Assembly: GCF_001194135.2 (NCBI RefSeq)
Contig: NC_068982.1
Span: 121,358,581 to 121,422,580 of the forward strand
Source: Octopus bimaculoides
Lineage: Eukaryota
Direction of reading: 5' to 3'
Length of the DNA stretch: 64,000 nt
Made by a program: the position numbers and the translations under genes. This document shows, piece after piece, positions 1 to 14,066 of the stretch. Position 1 is the first letter of the stretch. Each line of letters starts with the position of its first letter. Below the pieces are notes generated by a model. The model saw only the letters and a list, made by a program, of their open reading frames with translations, was not told the DNA's origin and did not search any database.

Positions 1-687
1 ACTGCCACTGCACACTGCAATTACTGGGTCTAAACAATCATGTTTTGAACAACTCTTATTATTGTTCATTATAATACCCAACACTATTGAAATTGTGAAA
101 GCACTGAATATTACCAAGGATCAAATAAAGCTTTTGGCATTATACCATCCCTTCTCTCAATAACTAACACCACCCCCATCATCATCACCACTATTATTAT
201 TACCATTTCTCTTCATAGATCAATAACTTTTCTATATAGTTGTTTGTTATATTTTATTTCTATGACAGTTCAGTTATTTAACTGGTGGTTAAATAACTGA
301 AATAACTAAATGGTGGTTAACATGCTTAATGTAGTAAACTAAAGAAAATATTTAATCAACTAAATTACATCAGTAATCATTAGTCATCATGATAAGTTTC
401 AAGAAATGCAGTGAAGACAAATCTGAAATCTGAATTGATTAAAAACTGAATGGGGACATAGAGTGGAGAATGTGTGCATGTGAGTGTTTGGTAAGTAGAA
501 GGACAATTCTGGGGATATTTCAGTTTTATTGGACTTCATTAAGGAAGTCTTAAGTGTTGTTATCTTTCACTGATAGATTTTTCTTTTTATTTCTCACAGC
601 ATTTACTATCATCACCTCCACCAGCATGCACCATAACTACATACATCACCCTTACCACTGAAACCACCACTCTCATCAATATGTAGT

Positions 688-894
688 GGAGGCGCAATGG
701 CCCGGTGGTTAGGGCAGCGGACTCGCGGTCATAGGTTCGTGGTTTCGATTCCCAGACCGGGCGTTGTGAGTGTTTATTGAGCTTCGGTAGGGGGTGGTGG
801 CGAACCCTGCTGTACTCTTCCACCACAACTTTCTCNNNNNNNNNNATCGGATCAACTGGAACTCTCGACGTCATAAGCGACGGAGTGCCAACAA
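688..894 (+). mobile_element. tRNA-derived SINE, family A (tRNA-Arg-like head; resembles octopus OR-type), internally deleted or gapped
   Basis: GGAGGCGCAATGGCCCGGTGGTTAGGGCAGCGGACTCGCGG...GGTTTCGATTCCC head with A/B-box-like motifs and a CAA tail; homologous copies at 20913, 22323 and 50040. The family name is from recall. Confidence 0.85.
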
Positions 895-2700
895 TGTATG
901 TATGTACCACTAACTTCAAGGAGATTCTACATAAAAGAGTGTAATCATGAAAACTCCTAAAAAGACAGAATGGCCATGGCTGGAATAACTTCAGCCAAGA
1001 GTTTGTTCTATTGGGATTGACCTGGGTTTAAACTGCGTTAGCAACAAGTACCATTACCACCTCCATCATCATCATCATCATCATCATCATTATTATCATA
1101 ATAGGGTACCACAACTACATTCCAGCTCTGCTACCATCATACACTGCCACACACTACCACCTCATGCCACAACTAGACAGTGTCACCATCCTACACAACC
1201 TCCACAACATCACTATTTTATTACTCTATCACTATCACACTAACCCACACATTCAATTTTAATATATATAGGTAACTATGCAACTGTTTGTGTGTCATTT
1301 TTCTGGGACCACAACTATTTCACTATGGAGGGGCACTACCATCAATTTATTTTCCAATAAAATTAAGGTGGTTAACAAAATAAACAATTTTTCTTTTGCC
1401 AAAAGCATTCAATTTCTCTATTACTTCCCTCTTTCTTCACTATTTCTTATTTCTACTTTATTGCTCATCTCCTTTTACTCTCTCCCTCTATCTTTTCAGG
1501 GCTCTCCTTCTCTCTCTTTCTCTCTCTTTCTCTCTCCATGTTTTTGCTCTTCTTTGGTTCTCTTTCACTCACTCTGATCTGTTTTCTCTTTTCACCTTTC
1601 TCTCTCTTTACCTCTCTCTTTTCCTCTTGTCTATCTACCACACCCAAAATTTTCAGTATCTTCTTTCATAAATACATGTTAATTTGTCTTATAGCAAACA
1701 GAAATTTAGTATTTTGTGTGTAAATTGGGAAAATTGTGTAGGTGTATATGCAAGGATGCCTGTGTGTGTTTATATGAGTGTGTCGACACATACACACACA
1801 CACCAATGTATGCTGAAGCCTGAATTATGATTCTCAGTTGTGGTAAGATTTATCTAAAATAATATATCTGGGATTGGTACTTAATTGTTTAGACTACCTG
1901 CTTGCCATAAGTCTCCTCACACACAAAAACTACCCTTGTCTCTGTCTGCCAAATACAGAAATAGACTGGACTGTGGAGAGTACAACATAACGAGAGTGTC
2001 ACTGTCACCTTATGTAGGTGTATGTGTACAGTCGATATGAGATTCTTTAGAAAAGCTGTTTTCGTGTCACTGATTTGAAACTGACTTATTAGACATAGGA
2101 TGTTTTAATGTATCTCTTATTCTCTCCCCACCTCTCCTTGTGTGTGAGTATATTTCTCATTTTGTTATGAGGAGAGGGAAAGTGTTTATGTTGATTATGT
2201 TCAAGAAATAAACTGTAATTTCTCTCTCTTTCCTACTTTCTCTATCTGCATATATTTCTCTGTATGTGTGTCTATGTATGTGTGCTTGCCTTCAGTACCA
2301 AAAACCTACTGTCCCCAAAACAGGTTCAGTGTCCACTTGGCCATTCCATATTGCCAGTGTTCAAATAGACACATTCAATTGTTTCATTCTATTAATGTCT
2401 GAGAGGTTTCTCCCTAGCCCTCATTTTATGTTGTGTCTTAAGACAGAGCTGAATATTTTGCATATGAGTGAATAGTGTATGTTTACTTCCAATGCCAAAC
2501 AATACTGATACCAAAATAGGTTCAGTAGCCAGTCAGCTGTGTCAAATCGCCAGTGTTCAAACAACTGCACCCAATCATTTCATTCCAGTCTACAATATGG
2601 TTCTTGGTTAATAGAAGGTATGTCTGAAACAGTAACTCTGTGGGTTACACCTAATTCATTAAGCTGCCCCTTCATCCTGAGTGTTCATATATGAAAGACA

Positions 2701-2859
2701 CAGGAGTGGGTGTGTGGTAAGTAGCTTGCTTACCAACCACATGGTTCTGGGTTCAGTCCCACTGCGTGGCACCTTAGGCAAGTGTCTTCTACTATGGCCT
2801 TGGGCCGACCAAAGCTTTGTGAGTGGATTTGGTAGATGGAAACTGAAAGAAGCCCGTCG

Positions 2860-2932
<73 letters not shown>

Positions 2933-3134
2933 ATGTTTGTGTGTCTGTGTTTGTCTGCCCCAACATCGCTTAACAACCGATGCTGGTGTATTTACGTCCC
3001 TGTAACTTAGCGGTTCAGCAAAAGAGACCGATAGAATAAGTACTAGGCTTACAAAGAATAAGTCCTGAGGTCGATTTGCTCGACTAAAGGCGGTGCTCCA
3101 GCATGGCCGCGGTCAAATGACTGAAACAAGTAAA
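2701..3134 (+). mobile_element. SINE family C (internal (TA)n/(TG)n tract, GACTGAAACAAGTAAA end), full length
   Basis: TGTGTGGTAAG...GGTTCAGTCCCACTGCGTGGCACCTTAGGCAAGTGTC head; more than 10 homologous copies or fragments in the window. Confidence 0.85.
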
Positions 3135-3649
3135 TAAATGAGTAAATGAGAAAGAGTATAAAATTTTCTGTGGTTTTTTGTACCAGTTTTTAATTCATGC
3201 AGGACCCTAAAATGTATCTCCTCAAGAACCAGGCATTGAGAACACCTTTTATGTCACTGTCACAGATCTGCCCAGTTTAGTCTGGCATCTGTACTACTAC
3301 TGCCAAATCAGAGTTGATTTGAGCTACAGAACAACAATAACAAGAATTGACTTGGAAGCTACTCAACACACCATTAACATCACCACTACCACTGCCAATA
3401 TTTGACTTCTCTTTATTTACTAGCCATCACAACTCTTCAAATCACAGAATTCTATAATGAAGTGTTCCATATTTAGCACTGTTCTCTTCCAGCAAAGCTC
3501 TTACAGCCATATGCCATTAAAACGAGTCATTTGGTGGATTGAAATCTATTCTTTAATCAAGAATATCAAAATGAAAAGCTATTTTTGGAAACTTTCTCAA
3601 ACAATTCTTCAGTATCTCAGCACTAACCACATTATAATGTGTGTGTGTG

Positions 3650-3688
<39 letters not shown>

Positions 3689-4099
3689 ATATATATACAT
3701 TTGAATGATGATGATTTGAAATAAGTCAGTACATTTCCTGTTGTAATTATAGTCAACTTATTGAAATAAGTCACAAATATTCCAATATTTCTCTGAGATT
3801 CTAATATACTAGTTTCTTTTGTTGTAAGATTTGTTGAGTGTCGGGGTGGGAAGTGGTAGTGGAATATTTCAGTCCTAGGAGTTCACTTTAAATGAATGGA
3901 TCTTCAAATGTGGTGTATTGGTGGTAGTGGTGATGGTGGTAGTAGTTGCTGTAGTAATAGTAGTAGCAGTAGTAATAGCAGTAGTAGTCATAGTAGTAGC
4001 CGTCTTCATTGTAATAGTAGTAGTGTTGGTAATGGTAGTAGTATGTTACACATGTATTGTGCCATGGATACTAGACTAGATTATTATTATTAAAGTGAT

Positions 4100-4465
4100 G
4101 AGCTGGAAGAATCTTTAGCATGCTGGATAAAATGTGTAGTAACATTTCGTCTATCTTTACATTCTGAGTTCAAATTCTGCCGAGGTCAGCTTTCCCTTTC
4201 ATCTTTTCGGCATCAATGAAATAAGTACCAGTTAAGCACTAATCAACTAGTTCTCTATGCTAAAATTTCAGGCTTTGTGCCTGAAAGAGAAAGGATTATT
4301 ATTATTATTATTATTAGTAGTAGTAGTAGTAGTAGTAGTAAAGTGTCGAGCTGGCAGAGTTGTTAGCATGCGGGGCAAAATGCTTAGCAGTATTTTGTCC
4401 ATCTTTATGTTGAGTTCAAGTTTAATCGAGGTCGACTTTGACTCTCATCCTTTTGGGGTTTTGGC
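4100..4465 (+). mobile_element. Two tandem SINE family E fragments (GCTGGCAGA..GTTAGCATG..GAGGTCGACTTTG..CATCC) separated by TTA/GTA repeats
   Basis: Same motif string recurs at about 35545, 37430, 56830, 57305, 57505 (minus) and 61519 (plus). Confidence 0.7.
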
Positions 4466-6371
4466 AAAATGTGGAACTAGTAGTAGTATTATTACCATTA
4501 GTAGTAGTAAATGTGACACATCCTACATGGAATAGTTCAAATGACCATGTAGAAGTAGTAATAATAGTAGCAAGTCATAAGTACTCATGCATTTGGGAAG
4601 GTTTTAAATGTTCTTCTAAATATAATTGTACATCTGAACATTAATTCATTTCCTTCATTTAATATGTTAGATTTGGATGTAAGAATATGTAGTGTTTCCT
4701 CAAGGCATAAGTTACATTTTACTTCCCCTATGTTATATGGTAGTGCACTATTTATTATAGACCATTTAATATCATGCCTAAAATTCCTCCCTTGTGGCTC
4801 CAGATAAATTTACTTAAAGTTTTACTACTATCTATTTCTTTTAAAATGTTCTCTATTCCCAGCTGTGTGGTTTGCTATGACAAGGATAGGATGGTGTTAA
4901 ATTCTCTATCTCTGTAGAATATCAGTCAATCAAATATGGAATAAATTAATATGCATGATTACTGCATTGCAGAATTTTGTGATTTGCCAATCTAACCGAA
5001 ACATGCATAAGCTGATTAAATAAAGTATAATTTCATGCTATACTCTGTGACCCTGTACTGAATCTATTCATTGTTTGAACTTCAGATTTATGTATTGGAT
5101 AAGCAGTAGAAAGTAGATTTATGGCCTAGATGGATTACAGTGGCTTTCACTGGACAATTTAGTTAGCCAAGTTTGATCCCTACTGAATGCTTATAAAGTA
5201 TTTGCCTGGGTTTTAATTCTTTTTCTCCTTTATAAGTTAAAAAAAACTATCAAGGACAAAAAATATGGATGGGCTGGCCACATTGTGCAACCAAAGGACA
5301 ATGGACACCAAGACAATAGACAAGATCAAAAGGCTGACGATAGACAAGATAAAAAGGAAGAAGAGAGGAATTCTGTATTTTATATACATTAGTGTTTTAA
5401 TATGTATTAAAGGATGGTCAGTCATGATTATTAAACCCTACAGGTACAGAGCTGTAAGAATCACAGTATAACAGATACACGACAAAGTGTTTTTTAATTA
5501 AAAAGAAAAAAATATATTCTGATTTAGTAGGAAAAGCTATACCAGTCTCAGGGCTTCTAAGACTGGCAGAAGGAAAGGAGAAAATTATTCTCAGATCATA
5601 GATGTAGCCTAAATACAACGGAATGAACTCAGAGGAAGGCATCCAAGAATAAGAATAGTTCTTCTGATGGGCTTCCATGTAGGATTTCATCATTAATATC
5701 TATTTTTCCATGTTTACTTGAATCATATGGAATTTGTTGAGGCAGATTTTCTACAACTGGATGCCCTTCCTGTCACCAACTCTCACCTGTTTCCAAGCAA
5801 GATAATACTTCCCCGTGGCCAGACATGTTTTTTGTGCAAGAGTGGAAAGGAACAACATTACCTGTGTAACAGTGATGCTCATTTATCATCACCATGATGT
5901 CAAGACAAGGGTAGACACAAACATGCAGAGAGAGAGAGAGAGACAGAATTCTCTTCAGTTTCTGACACCAAAGACACTTGCCCGGGATGCTGCTCAGTAG
6001 ATTTGAACCTGAAGTTATGTTGTAAAACAAACTTCTTAAGCGAACAGTCATGACAGTGTCCTTTAAGTCTGTTTTATTTATTTATCTATTGATGTTTTAT
6101 TTGTATTTCATTTGTTTATTTATATATTTTGTGAACATTTTTTAAGCGATGTGTTAATGCTTTGTGATCTTTTTATCCAAAGCCAGCTTTGCTAAGTAGT
6201 AGATTTAAATCAATTCATGTTTTTGTTAAGCAGACCTGGTCACTTAAATATATGATCAAAGGTGTCCCACCTGTGACCATATCATCCTATTTACTGCTAT
6301 AGTGTATCTAGAACATTTAATCTAACATGTTCTTACTTATTCAAGAAGGTATCATGAATTGAATATCAAAG

Positions 6372-6700
6372 CACATAGCTCAGTGGTTAGAGTGTCAGGC
6401 TCACAAGTGTGAGGTAGTGAGTTCAGTTCCTGGACTGGGCTGTGTGTTGTGTTCTTGAGCAAGACACTTTATTTCATGTTGCTCTGGTTCACTCATCTGT
6501 AGAAATGAGCTGTGATGTCACTGATGCCAAGCTGCATTGGTCTTTGCTTTTCCTTTGGATAACATCAGTGGCATGGAGGGGAAGGCTGGTATGCATGGGC
6601 AATTGCTGGTCTTCCATAAAACAACCTTGCTCAGACTTGTGTTTTGGAAGGGAAACTGTCTAGGTGCATCCCATGGTCATTCATGACCAAAGTGGATCTT
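6372..6700 (+). mobile_element. tRNA-derived SINE family B (TTGAGCAAGACACTTTATTTCA core)
   Basis: AGCTCAGTGGTTAGAG...GAGTTCAGTTCC tRNA-like head plus a conserved core also seen at about 23303 (+), 25345 (-), 38405 (-) and 62735 (-). Confidence 0.75.
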
Positions 6701-9060
6701 GTACTGAATTGAGAAAGATTTGGCTGCCATTTTCAGGTCACTGGAATTAGTTTTGTTGTTTAGCACTGGTTTTGAGTAAACTACTTACCAAAGACATACC
6801 AGCTGTAACTGTTCTGTTTTATTTTTCAATATAGTCTGTCAAGGTTTACATTATCCAGTGTATCCTTTTCCTATTTAAGATAGCAGGGTGTGATATGTAG
6901 AGGATTTAGCTGCTTTTTCTAACAATTTAGGTTACTGTGTAGACATTTTGTTATTGGTTTGTGAGTTAGTTTTTATAGAATTATTGGTTTTTGGAATAAA
7001 TAAAAATACATGTAACATTTACAAAAAGTGCTATGGTTCCTTCTGTGAAACTAACAAATCCAAACTGTTTAGTAATCTATAGAACTCCCATATATTACAG
7101 AATGTTACTTCCCACAATAGATGCGCAAAAATAACAACAAAACAATAACAACATCATGGACATCATCAGCACTTGTCTAATTAGATTGTATAATATAAAA
7201 ACCAGTTATTCTATTGGTCATTAGATTAGCTTTGATTTTGGTTAAGTCCTTCTTAGAAGTCTGTCTCTTCTTTCGTCACCTTCTCTATCTCTATTCCTCC
7301 ACCTCCATCTCATCTATCATTCCAGTGGCAGCAACATGATTTCATTGATTCAGTTTTCTTTATTGAATTACCATCAGAAATTATCAAACAAAGCCTGAAA
7401 CAGTTGTAATTAGTTTGTTATTTCAAGAATTCTGATTTCTATAGAGCCAGATTCATATCCATATAACTTAGTTTGATATTGCAAACATAATTTATCTGTT
7501 TGTAAGTGTTTTTGTGTTGTTTGGTCGCCATTGCACTGGGTGTTCTACCATGAAATATAGTTTCTTTCAACTTATTTGTTAACTCAGCGTTCTATCTGAC
7601 ATCAACTCATTGTTTGTGGTTTAATGTTGTTCACTTTTCCCATAAACTTGACCCCTAAGGGTCACTATCAAAGTGATTATAGTTTTCATGAGGATCTACT
7701 TCACCTTGCATTAAATTGGGGTCACTTCTCCTTCAAGAAGTGTCACTCACATTCACTGCGACATATATCATTTGTAATTATTATATTAGATAAAGTTATT
7801 AACAAATTATCAAGTGAAGTCTTTATAGCAAACAGAGAATGTCAATTCTAGTGTATTAAACTGGTCATCTCACATTAGAAAATTATGATGTATTTAGTTT
7901 AAATTAATGAAGTTGGAATTTTCTGGCTATTTAGTGGAAAGGTATTTCACTTTATCCAATCATTTCTACCCTGAATCCTGCTTCAATCTGGAATTCTCTG
8001 CATGTCCCTGTTCCTGATGCAGCAGACTGATAATCAAAGACATTCTAATTGTAACCACTTGATCTTTTATTCAGGTATACTGAATATATCTAGGACCAAA
8101 AAATTGCTGTCTACCCAAGAGTTCTTGCTGAATAAAACAACAGTTCTGTTAGAATTGCTTTTGTTTTGTATGTGGCATATCAGTGTAGAATTACAAGAAA
8201 ATATAGAAAAACGTAAAGGTAGTATTTTAAGTCACAAAATTAAACTATTAATAAACACAATCTCATAAGCTTCACATATTATAGACACCTGGAAAAAGTT
8301 AAGCTTAGATATGTTTCTGCATCACAATAGAAAATATGTGCAAGTATAATTACATGCAATAAACTCTATGAAAAACTTGCTAAAAGTTAAATAATTTGAA
8401 TTTAACAATAAAAAAAATTTCTGCATATTTGGTGCTAAAGCAACGCCGGGTACCTCTGCTCACATTATATAAAGCTTGATGAAATCTGTATTAGAGAAGA
8501 CATATCAGGTTTACTGAGTGTAACTCTTGAGTTCACTGAACCATGTTGTTTACTGAAGCTGGGCTTTTGTTTCTACCTATACCTCACTTTAATTTAAGCT
8601 CTATTACTTACACCACAATAATGGCATAAAGACGATCTGCTCTAAGACTTTTTAGAAAATAATTCTTCATTCTCTAGCTTCTATTGATTTATGTTCCTTT
8701 CAATTTGAATCCAGTCAATTCTTTAAAGTTTCTTCATTATTTTATTATATTTTTGCTTTCTTATCTTTCTTATTATCTTTCTCTTCTTGACTCTTCCTCC
8801 ATCAATCCAAGAATTTCCTAATACTTACCCTCTTTATCTATCTATAAATCTGTCTCTCTCTGTGTGTCTGTCTGTCTGTCCATCTGCCTCTGTTATCCCC
8901 CCTCCCATTGGCCTCTGCTTTTCCATCTATCTGTCTGTCTATCAGCCTGTTTATTTGCCTGACTACCTGCTCTCTCTCTCTCTCTCTCTCTCCTTCTTTG
9001 TTACATAATCTCACTCATCCTTCTCTACCTTTCTCTGCTTATTACTATCTATATCTATTA

Positions 9061-9098
<38 letters not shown>

Positions 9099-9419
9099 AT
9101 CTCAACTGAAAACTCTCCATCTTGCAGTTTCTACTTTGTTATTTTATTGTTCCTCAATTTCCTCTCTCTCTCTCTATGTCTCTTGCATTCTCTCTGTGTT
9201 CCTCTTGGCTCTCTATTTCTCTCTCTTTTTCATCACTTCATCTTTCCACCCGTCTCTTTCTTTCTCTTCCTTTTCTCTATGCCCATTTCTATGTCTTTCT
9301 TTTCTCTTCTTGATCTTTACATGTCTCACTATATGTACTTCTTCTGTGTATCTACATTATCTACCTTTCATTCCCTTTCTCCCTTCGAGCTACGGCAGTG
9401 ATCACTGTGACATTGGTAG

Positions 9420-10039
9420 CTGGAGTTAAGGCCACACCACTGCAACAACTACAAACCATCACTATACCACCACCAACACCACTGCTACAACCATCACCTC
9501 CACTATTACAACAACCACCTCACTGTCGCCACAGTTGCATCACCACCACCACCAACAACAACAGCCATAGCTATAGTAATGTTACTGCTATTGCTACCAC
9601 CATCACCAAATCTACCACTGCCTCTGCCACCACCACCACCACCACCACATTAATTGCTACCACAACTACCTCACTTACAACTCTGTCTCCACTGCTACCA
9701 CTACCACCACCACCACCATCATCACCACCACCATCATCACCACCACCACTGCCACCACTATTAATTGCAGCTACAACACTGTCGTCATCATTGGGTCCCC
9801 AGAAAACTATTCCAATTCTTGAAATGAAAGAGTATTGAACCAAATTCAGCTGCTGGCATTACATGTGCACAGCTGCACATATGTGCAACAGTACATGTGT
9901 GAGCAGTGGTATGTGCATCAGTACATGTGCAGCGGTACATGTTTGCATGTGCAATCGTACGTGTTTGCATGTGCCATGGCATGTGTGTGTGTGCAGCAGT
10001 ATGTGTGTATAACAGTATATGTCTCTATATGTGTTTGTT

Positions 10040-10070
<31 letters not shown>

Positions 10071-10500
10071 AGCAGTGTATGTCTTTGTGTGCAGTATATA
10101 TATTTGCATGTGCAATGCTACGTCTGTGTGTGCAAGCAGTGCAGCTGCATCATCGTTTCCTTCACAAGGAAGTATTGTCTCTTTTCCTTCCAACTTTGCT
10201 AATAACCTCTACCCCAACACCACCACCACCACCACCTCTTCCCCTGCCACTATCACCACCGTCACCACCACCACCACCACCACCTCCTCCAATGCCACTA
10301 TCACCACCGTCACCACCACCACCACTGCCACCACCATCACCATTACACCAATCATTACCACCACTTTACTTTCACATTGCTAACACCTCTGCCTTCCACC
10401 ACTTTGTTCTTCCATCTCTGCTACCACCACCTTACTGTAACCACCACCACCACCACCACCACCACCACCATCATCGATGCTACTTGCTTGTATCTCAACA
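9420..10500. repeat. ACC/CAC-rich and TG-rich low-complexity tracts
   Basis: Degenerate (ACC)n and (TG)n runs. These generate the Thr/Pro/His-rich pseudo-ORFs 9398-9838, 10045-10383 and 10079-10534. Confidence 0.9.
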
Positions 10501-10769
10501 TATTCCCCACCACCATCACTCGTATCTCATTTAAAGATGGTAATCTTCTGAGAAATTCTTATGCAATATTGGAATTCCCCCCACACCCACACCCACACCT
10601 TCCATCACATCTCTCCCTCCTTCTCTCTCTCTCTCACTACAACTCATTGCCACCGCCAACCTCCTCAACCTGGTGTCGTGGGCACAGTTTGGTGTTGTCT
10701 TTAATTCTTTCTGTTAAACGAACCAAATAACAGAACAAAACTTCAGAATTAATTGGAAATTCATACAGC

Positions 10770-10979
10770 ATGATACTGTGTGTGTGTGTGTGTGTATTTG
10801 TGTACATGCTACTGTGCTTGCTTGTGAATATATGTATACATGCTAGTGTTTGTATGTCTGTGTACAGGCTAGTGTGTGTATGTCTTGTGTACATGCTAGT
10901 TTGTGTGCATGTTAGTGCGTGTGTGTGTGTTTTTGTGTATCTAGTGTGAGTATTTGTGTATGTACTTGTTTGTGTTATA

Positions 10980-11019
<40 letters not shown>

Positions 11020-11520
11020 CATGCTAGAGTGAACATATATACACGATGATGTATGTGCATTTGTGTATATGCTAGTATGTGTGTGTGTGTGTATTTGTGT
11101 TCCTGATTATGGATGTGTGTGTGTTTTTCTGTACATGATAATATGTGTATGTTTGTGTTCACAATAAGGTGTTTGAATTTCTGTACACGATGTTATCTGT
11201 GTGTTGGTGTACACAATAATGTGTATTTCCATGCATGATAATCGAAATGCCTTGTGGTATTTGTTCTAGTTATTTACATTCTGAGTTCAAATCCCACTGT
11301 GATCATCCTTTTGAGGTTGATAAAGTACCAGTAAAGTACTGAGGTTTATGATATTGAATAACCCTATGCTGCAAGCAATTTCTGTACAGTATAATGCCTG
11401 TGTTTCTCTATGCAATAATGTGCATTTTTGTACATGATAATGTATGTTTTTCTGTATATGATAATGTTTGTGTTTGTGTGTTTTTATAGAGGATAACGTG
11501 TATATATTTCTGAATGTGAT
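10770..11520. repeat. Degenerate ~20-bp TGTACATG(CTAG/ATAA)TGTGT minisatellite mixed with (TG)n
   Basis: Recurrent GTACATGCTAG / GTACATGATAAT units. Confidence 0.7.
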
Positions 11521-12176
11521 AATGCTGGGTGTTACTGAGCATACATCATCATTGTTTAACATCCGTCTTCCATGCTAGCATACACAATATTTAAATTTCT
11601 CTACCTCATAGTGTGTGTTTGTTGTACAGTTTCTCTCATGCAAGCATGGAAAAGTGGACATTAAAATGATGATGATGATGTGTATATTGACAGTCTGTAT
11701 ATGATAATGTGTATATATTGTATAGTTATGATAATCTAATGCTGTGTTGCTAATAGTGTAAATATTGCTATGTTTCCTGTAGCATAGTGGAGTGGTTAGC
11801 ATAGAATGTATGTCACGTAGTAAATTAGTCCAAGCTTGACTTCTTCAAGTTTTAATTATTCTTTCAAACTATCTTGAATGTTCTAATCATTCAGTACAAA
11901 TCAATTATCAAGGTTATAGTACAAACGAAGGTTCCTCATTTGAATCTTGCCTGGGGCCTACTGACAGCTGGAAATTGAACTAATCAAAAATTGTGAACAT
12001 AAATATTGTAAATATACAGTCTAAAGATGATTGTAATAGTGTGGAAAATTATAACCTTGAAGAAAAATATAATTTTGAAATAATTAAAAGATAAAAACTA
12101 CACAGACACCATGATTATTTAATAACACCTGTGTTGATTACACCTGTGTTAATTACTTTTCTATTCTATTTTGCAG

Positions 12177-12236
12177 CTAATCAATTCAACGGTGAATATC
12201 TGGACCAGGTCAACAATCAGAACTACCACACAGATG
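12177..12236 (+). CDS. Candidate 60-nt phase1-phase1 exon ((x)NQFNGEYLDQVNNQNYHTD), possibly an upstream NPDC1-like exon
   Basis: TTTTCTATTCTATTTTGCAG acceptor, G|GTGAGA donor, open frame, and phase compatible with exon 28325. There is no homology support. Confidence 0.4.
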
Positions 12237-13914
12237 GTGAGAATATTGCTGTTGTTGTTTAGTTGTAGCCAATCAGCTCTGCATGAGTTCATTTATGATA
12301 CTGGAAGTGTTTATTGCAATGTTTAACAATGTTTAGGCAGAAATCTATTGAGTTTAGCTACCAAGACTTCAGAAGTTGCTTCAAGTTGACTTTGGATCAA
12401 GTGATGTGAGGCATGGATGAAGTGATGCTGCATGAGTCAGTGCTACCTGGACAGAAAACGAAGTTTGATCAGTCCTGGTTAGGTTGCTAGAGTGAGTGTG
12501 TTTGATTGTTGAAACACCTGAAACGCTTAGATGATAAGCAAAGATGATGTGTCCAGTTGCATTGCAATATGGCATTGGAGAAAATTGTTATCCAAGTTGA
12601 TGTCATTCTGTCTTCATAATGTCAACCATTCTGTTTATACTGTCAACCATTGTTTGCATATTATTAACTGATCCGTCTTCACACTGTTAACCATTCAGTC
12701 TAAAGATCCAGTCTTGAAATATGTGTTTCCACCTGAAATATAATAGAATTTATTGAAAAGAAATTTTGTTTTTGCATTGAGTAGGATGAGTGATTACACA
12801 AATGTTATCTGATGGAGATTTAGGTATTACATTGAGTAATGTGATTTTACTGAAAAAAAATTTAGCTGGAACATTAAGTGCAATTATTATATAGACATCT
12901 ACTGAGAGAGAAATTTAGAATGTTAAATATGTCATACATCTATCTGATTTCTGTCAGTCTATTTTTTTAACAGTGAGTGTTGAATTGTCTTGAGTATAGT
13001 GGAGAAGTGCTACAGTACGGTCAAGGAGTGAAGTGTTGTAGGAGAACATGTTGTTTATCCTCAGGTCATCTCTGGAATACAGTGCTGTGGTCATTGCAAT
13101 AAGGCAATCAGGAATCCATTGTATTGTGTGATGTAGAGTTGTTTGAAGCATAATGTAGTGGTAGTGATATGTAGAGTGTAGTATATGGCTATGATGTCAT
13201 TGTATTTTATATGTGGGGAAGTGAGCTGTCTTAAACACATATAGACAAACTTAGTCAGACACACGTCTAGATATGTAAAATATTACAATATACCAATAAA
13301 TGTTACTGATGCCATAAGAATTTATAAATCTTGAGAGAATGTGTAATATTTCTGTTTTGGAACATTGAAGCTTGAAGCAGATAATGTTATAAATATTAGT
13401 GTGTAAATATTAGGTTTAAAAAGTCTTTGAATAGAAAAAGTGAAAGGCTTTTTTAAACCCAATATTTACTTGCTGTTATTTATTGCTTTATCTACTTCAA
13501 GTTTCACTGTTCCAAAAATAAAAAAAAAAACATTTATACTAATAGATGTTTTAATGTGGAAGAGTATATAACTGATATAACTTAGTTAGGTGTGCCTAGT
13601 CAGTTGCAAATTGTAGTGTTGCAACTATTTCTAATTAGTCCTTGATAGCCCTGATCAAACAGACTTATGATCAAAGACATTTCAACCATGACCACCTCCT
13701 CCTTTTGTATATTTACCTATATTATGCAATGTGCTTTTCTTTTTTATTTTTTTAAGATAGTAGAGTATGATTTAAGAAGGATTTGTCTTACTACTTTTAG
13801 TAGATAGGGTGTCCATGTAAAAGCTGCCTCAGTGTGTGGCTGAAAACCTGTCTGGCCCTCACAACCCCTGAGATCTTTCACAATAAAGCCTTTTTGTACT
13901 GTATAGAAATATCA

Positions 13915-14066
13915 TCATCATCATCATCATCATCGTTTAACGTCCGCTTTCCATGCTAGCATGGGTTGGACGATTTGACTGAGGACTGGTGAAACCGGAT
14001 GGCAACACTAGGCTCCAATCTGATTTGGCAGAGTTTCTACAGCTGGATGCCCTTCCTAATGCCAAA
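13915..14066 (-). mobile_element. Family D repeat (RTE-like (GAT)n tail, CCATGCTAGCATGG palindrome)
   Basis: Reverse complement of ...GGAAGGGCATCCAGCTGTAGAAAC...CCATGCTAGCATGGAAAGCGGACGTTAAACGATGATG; further copies at 18497, 20034, 51745, 58605 and 62130. Confidence 0.85.

Noticed and set aside
688-760. tRNA-like sequences at SINE heads (also 6372, 21220, 22325, 50350, 57225)
   Set aside because: All continue into SINE bodies and lack a proper acceptor stem, so they are not tRNA genes.
7326-7409. Strong polypyrimidine acceptor followed by WQQHDFIDSVFFIELPSEIIKQSLKQL*
   Set aside because: No good donor, phase not matched to the other exons, and no homology.
8075-8167. Possible phase1-phase1 exon GILNISRTKKLLSTQEFLLNKTTVLLELLLF
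   Set aside because: The splice sites are plausible, but there is no recognisable homology and such sites arise by chance in AT-rich DNA.
8340-8460. GCAACGCCGGGTA motif reminiscent of non-autonomous Helitron 3' ends
   Set aside because: No terminal CTAG or clear hairpin, and the resemblance is from recall only.
12240-12700. Possible Tc1/mariner-type transposase relic (..YDTGSV..)
   Set aside because: Only scattered residues match, with no DDE motifs or TIRs identified.
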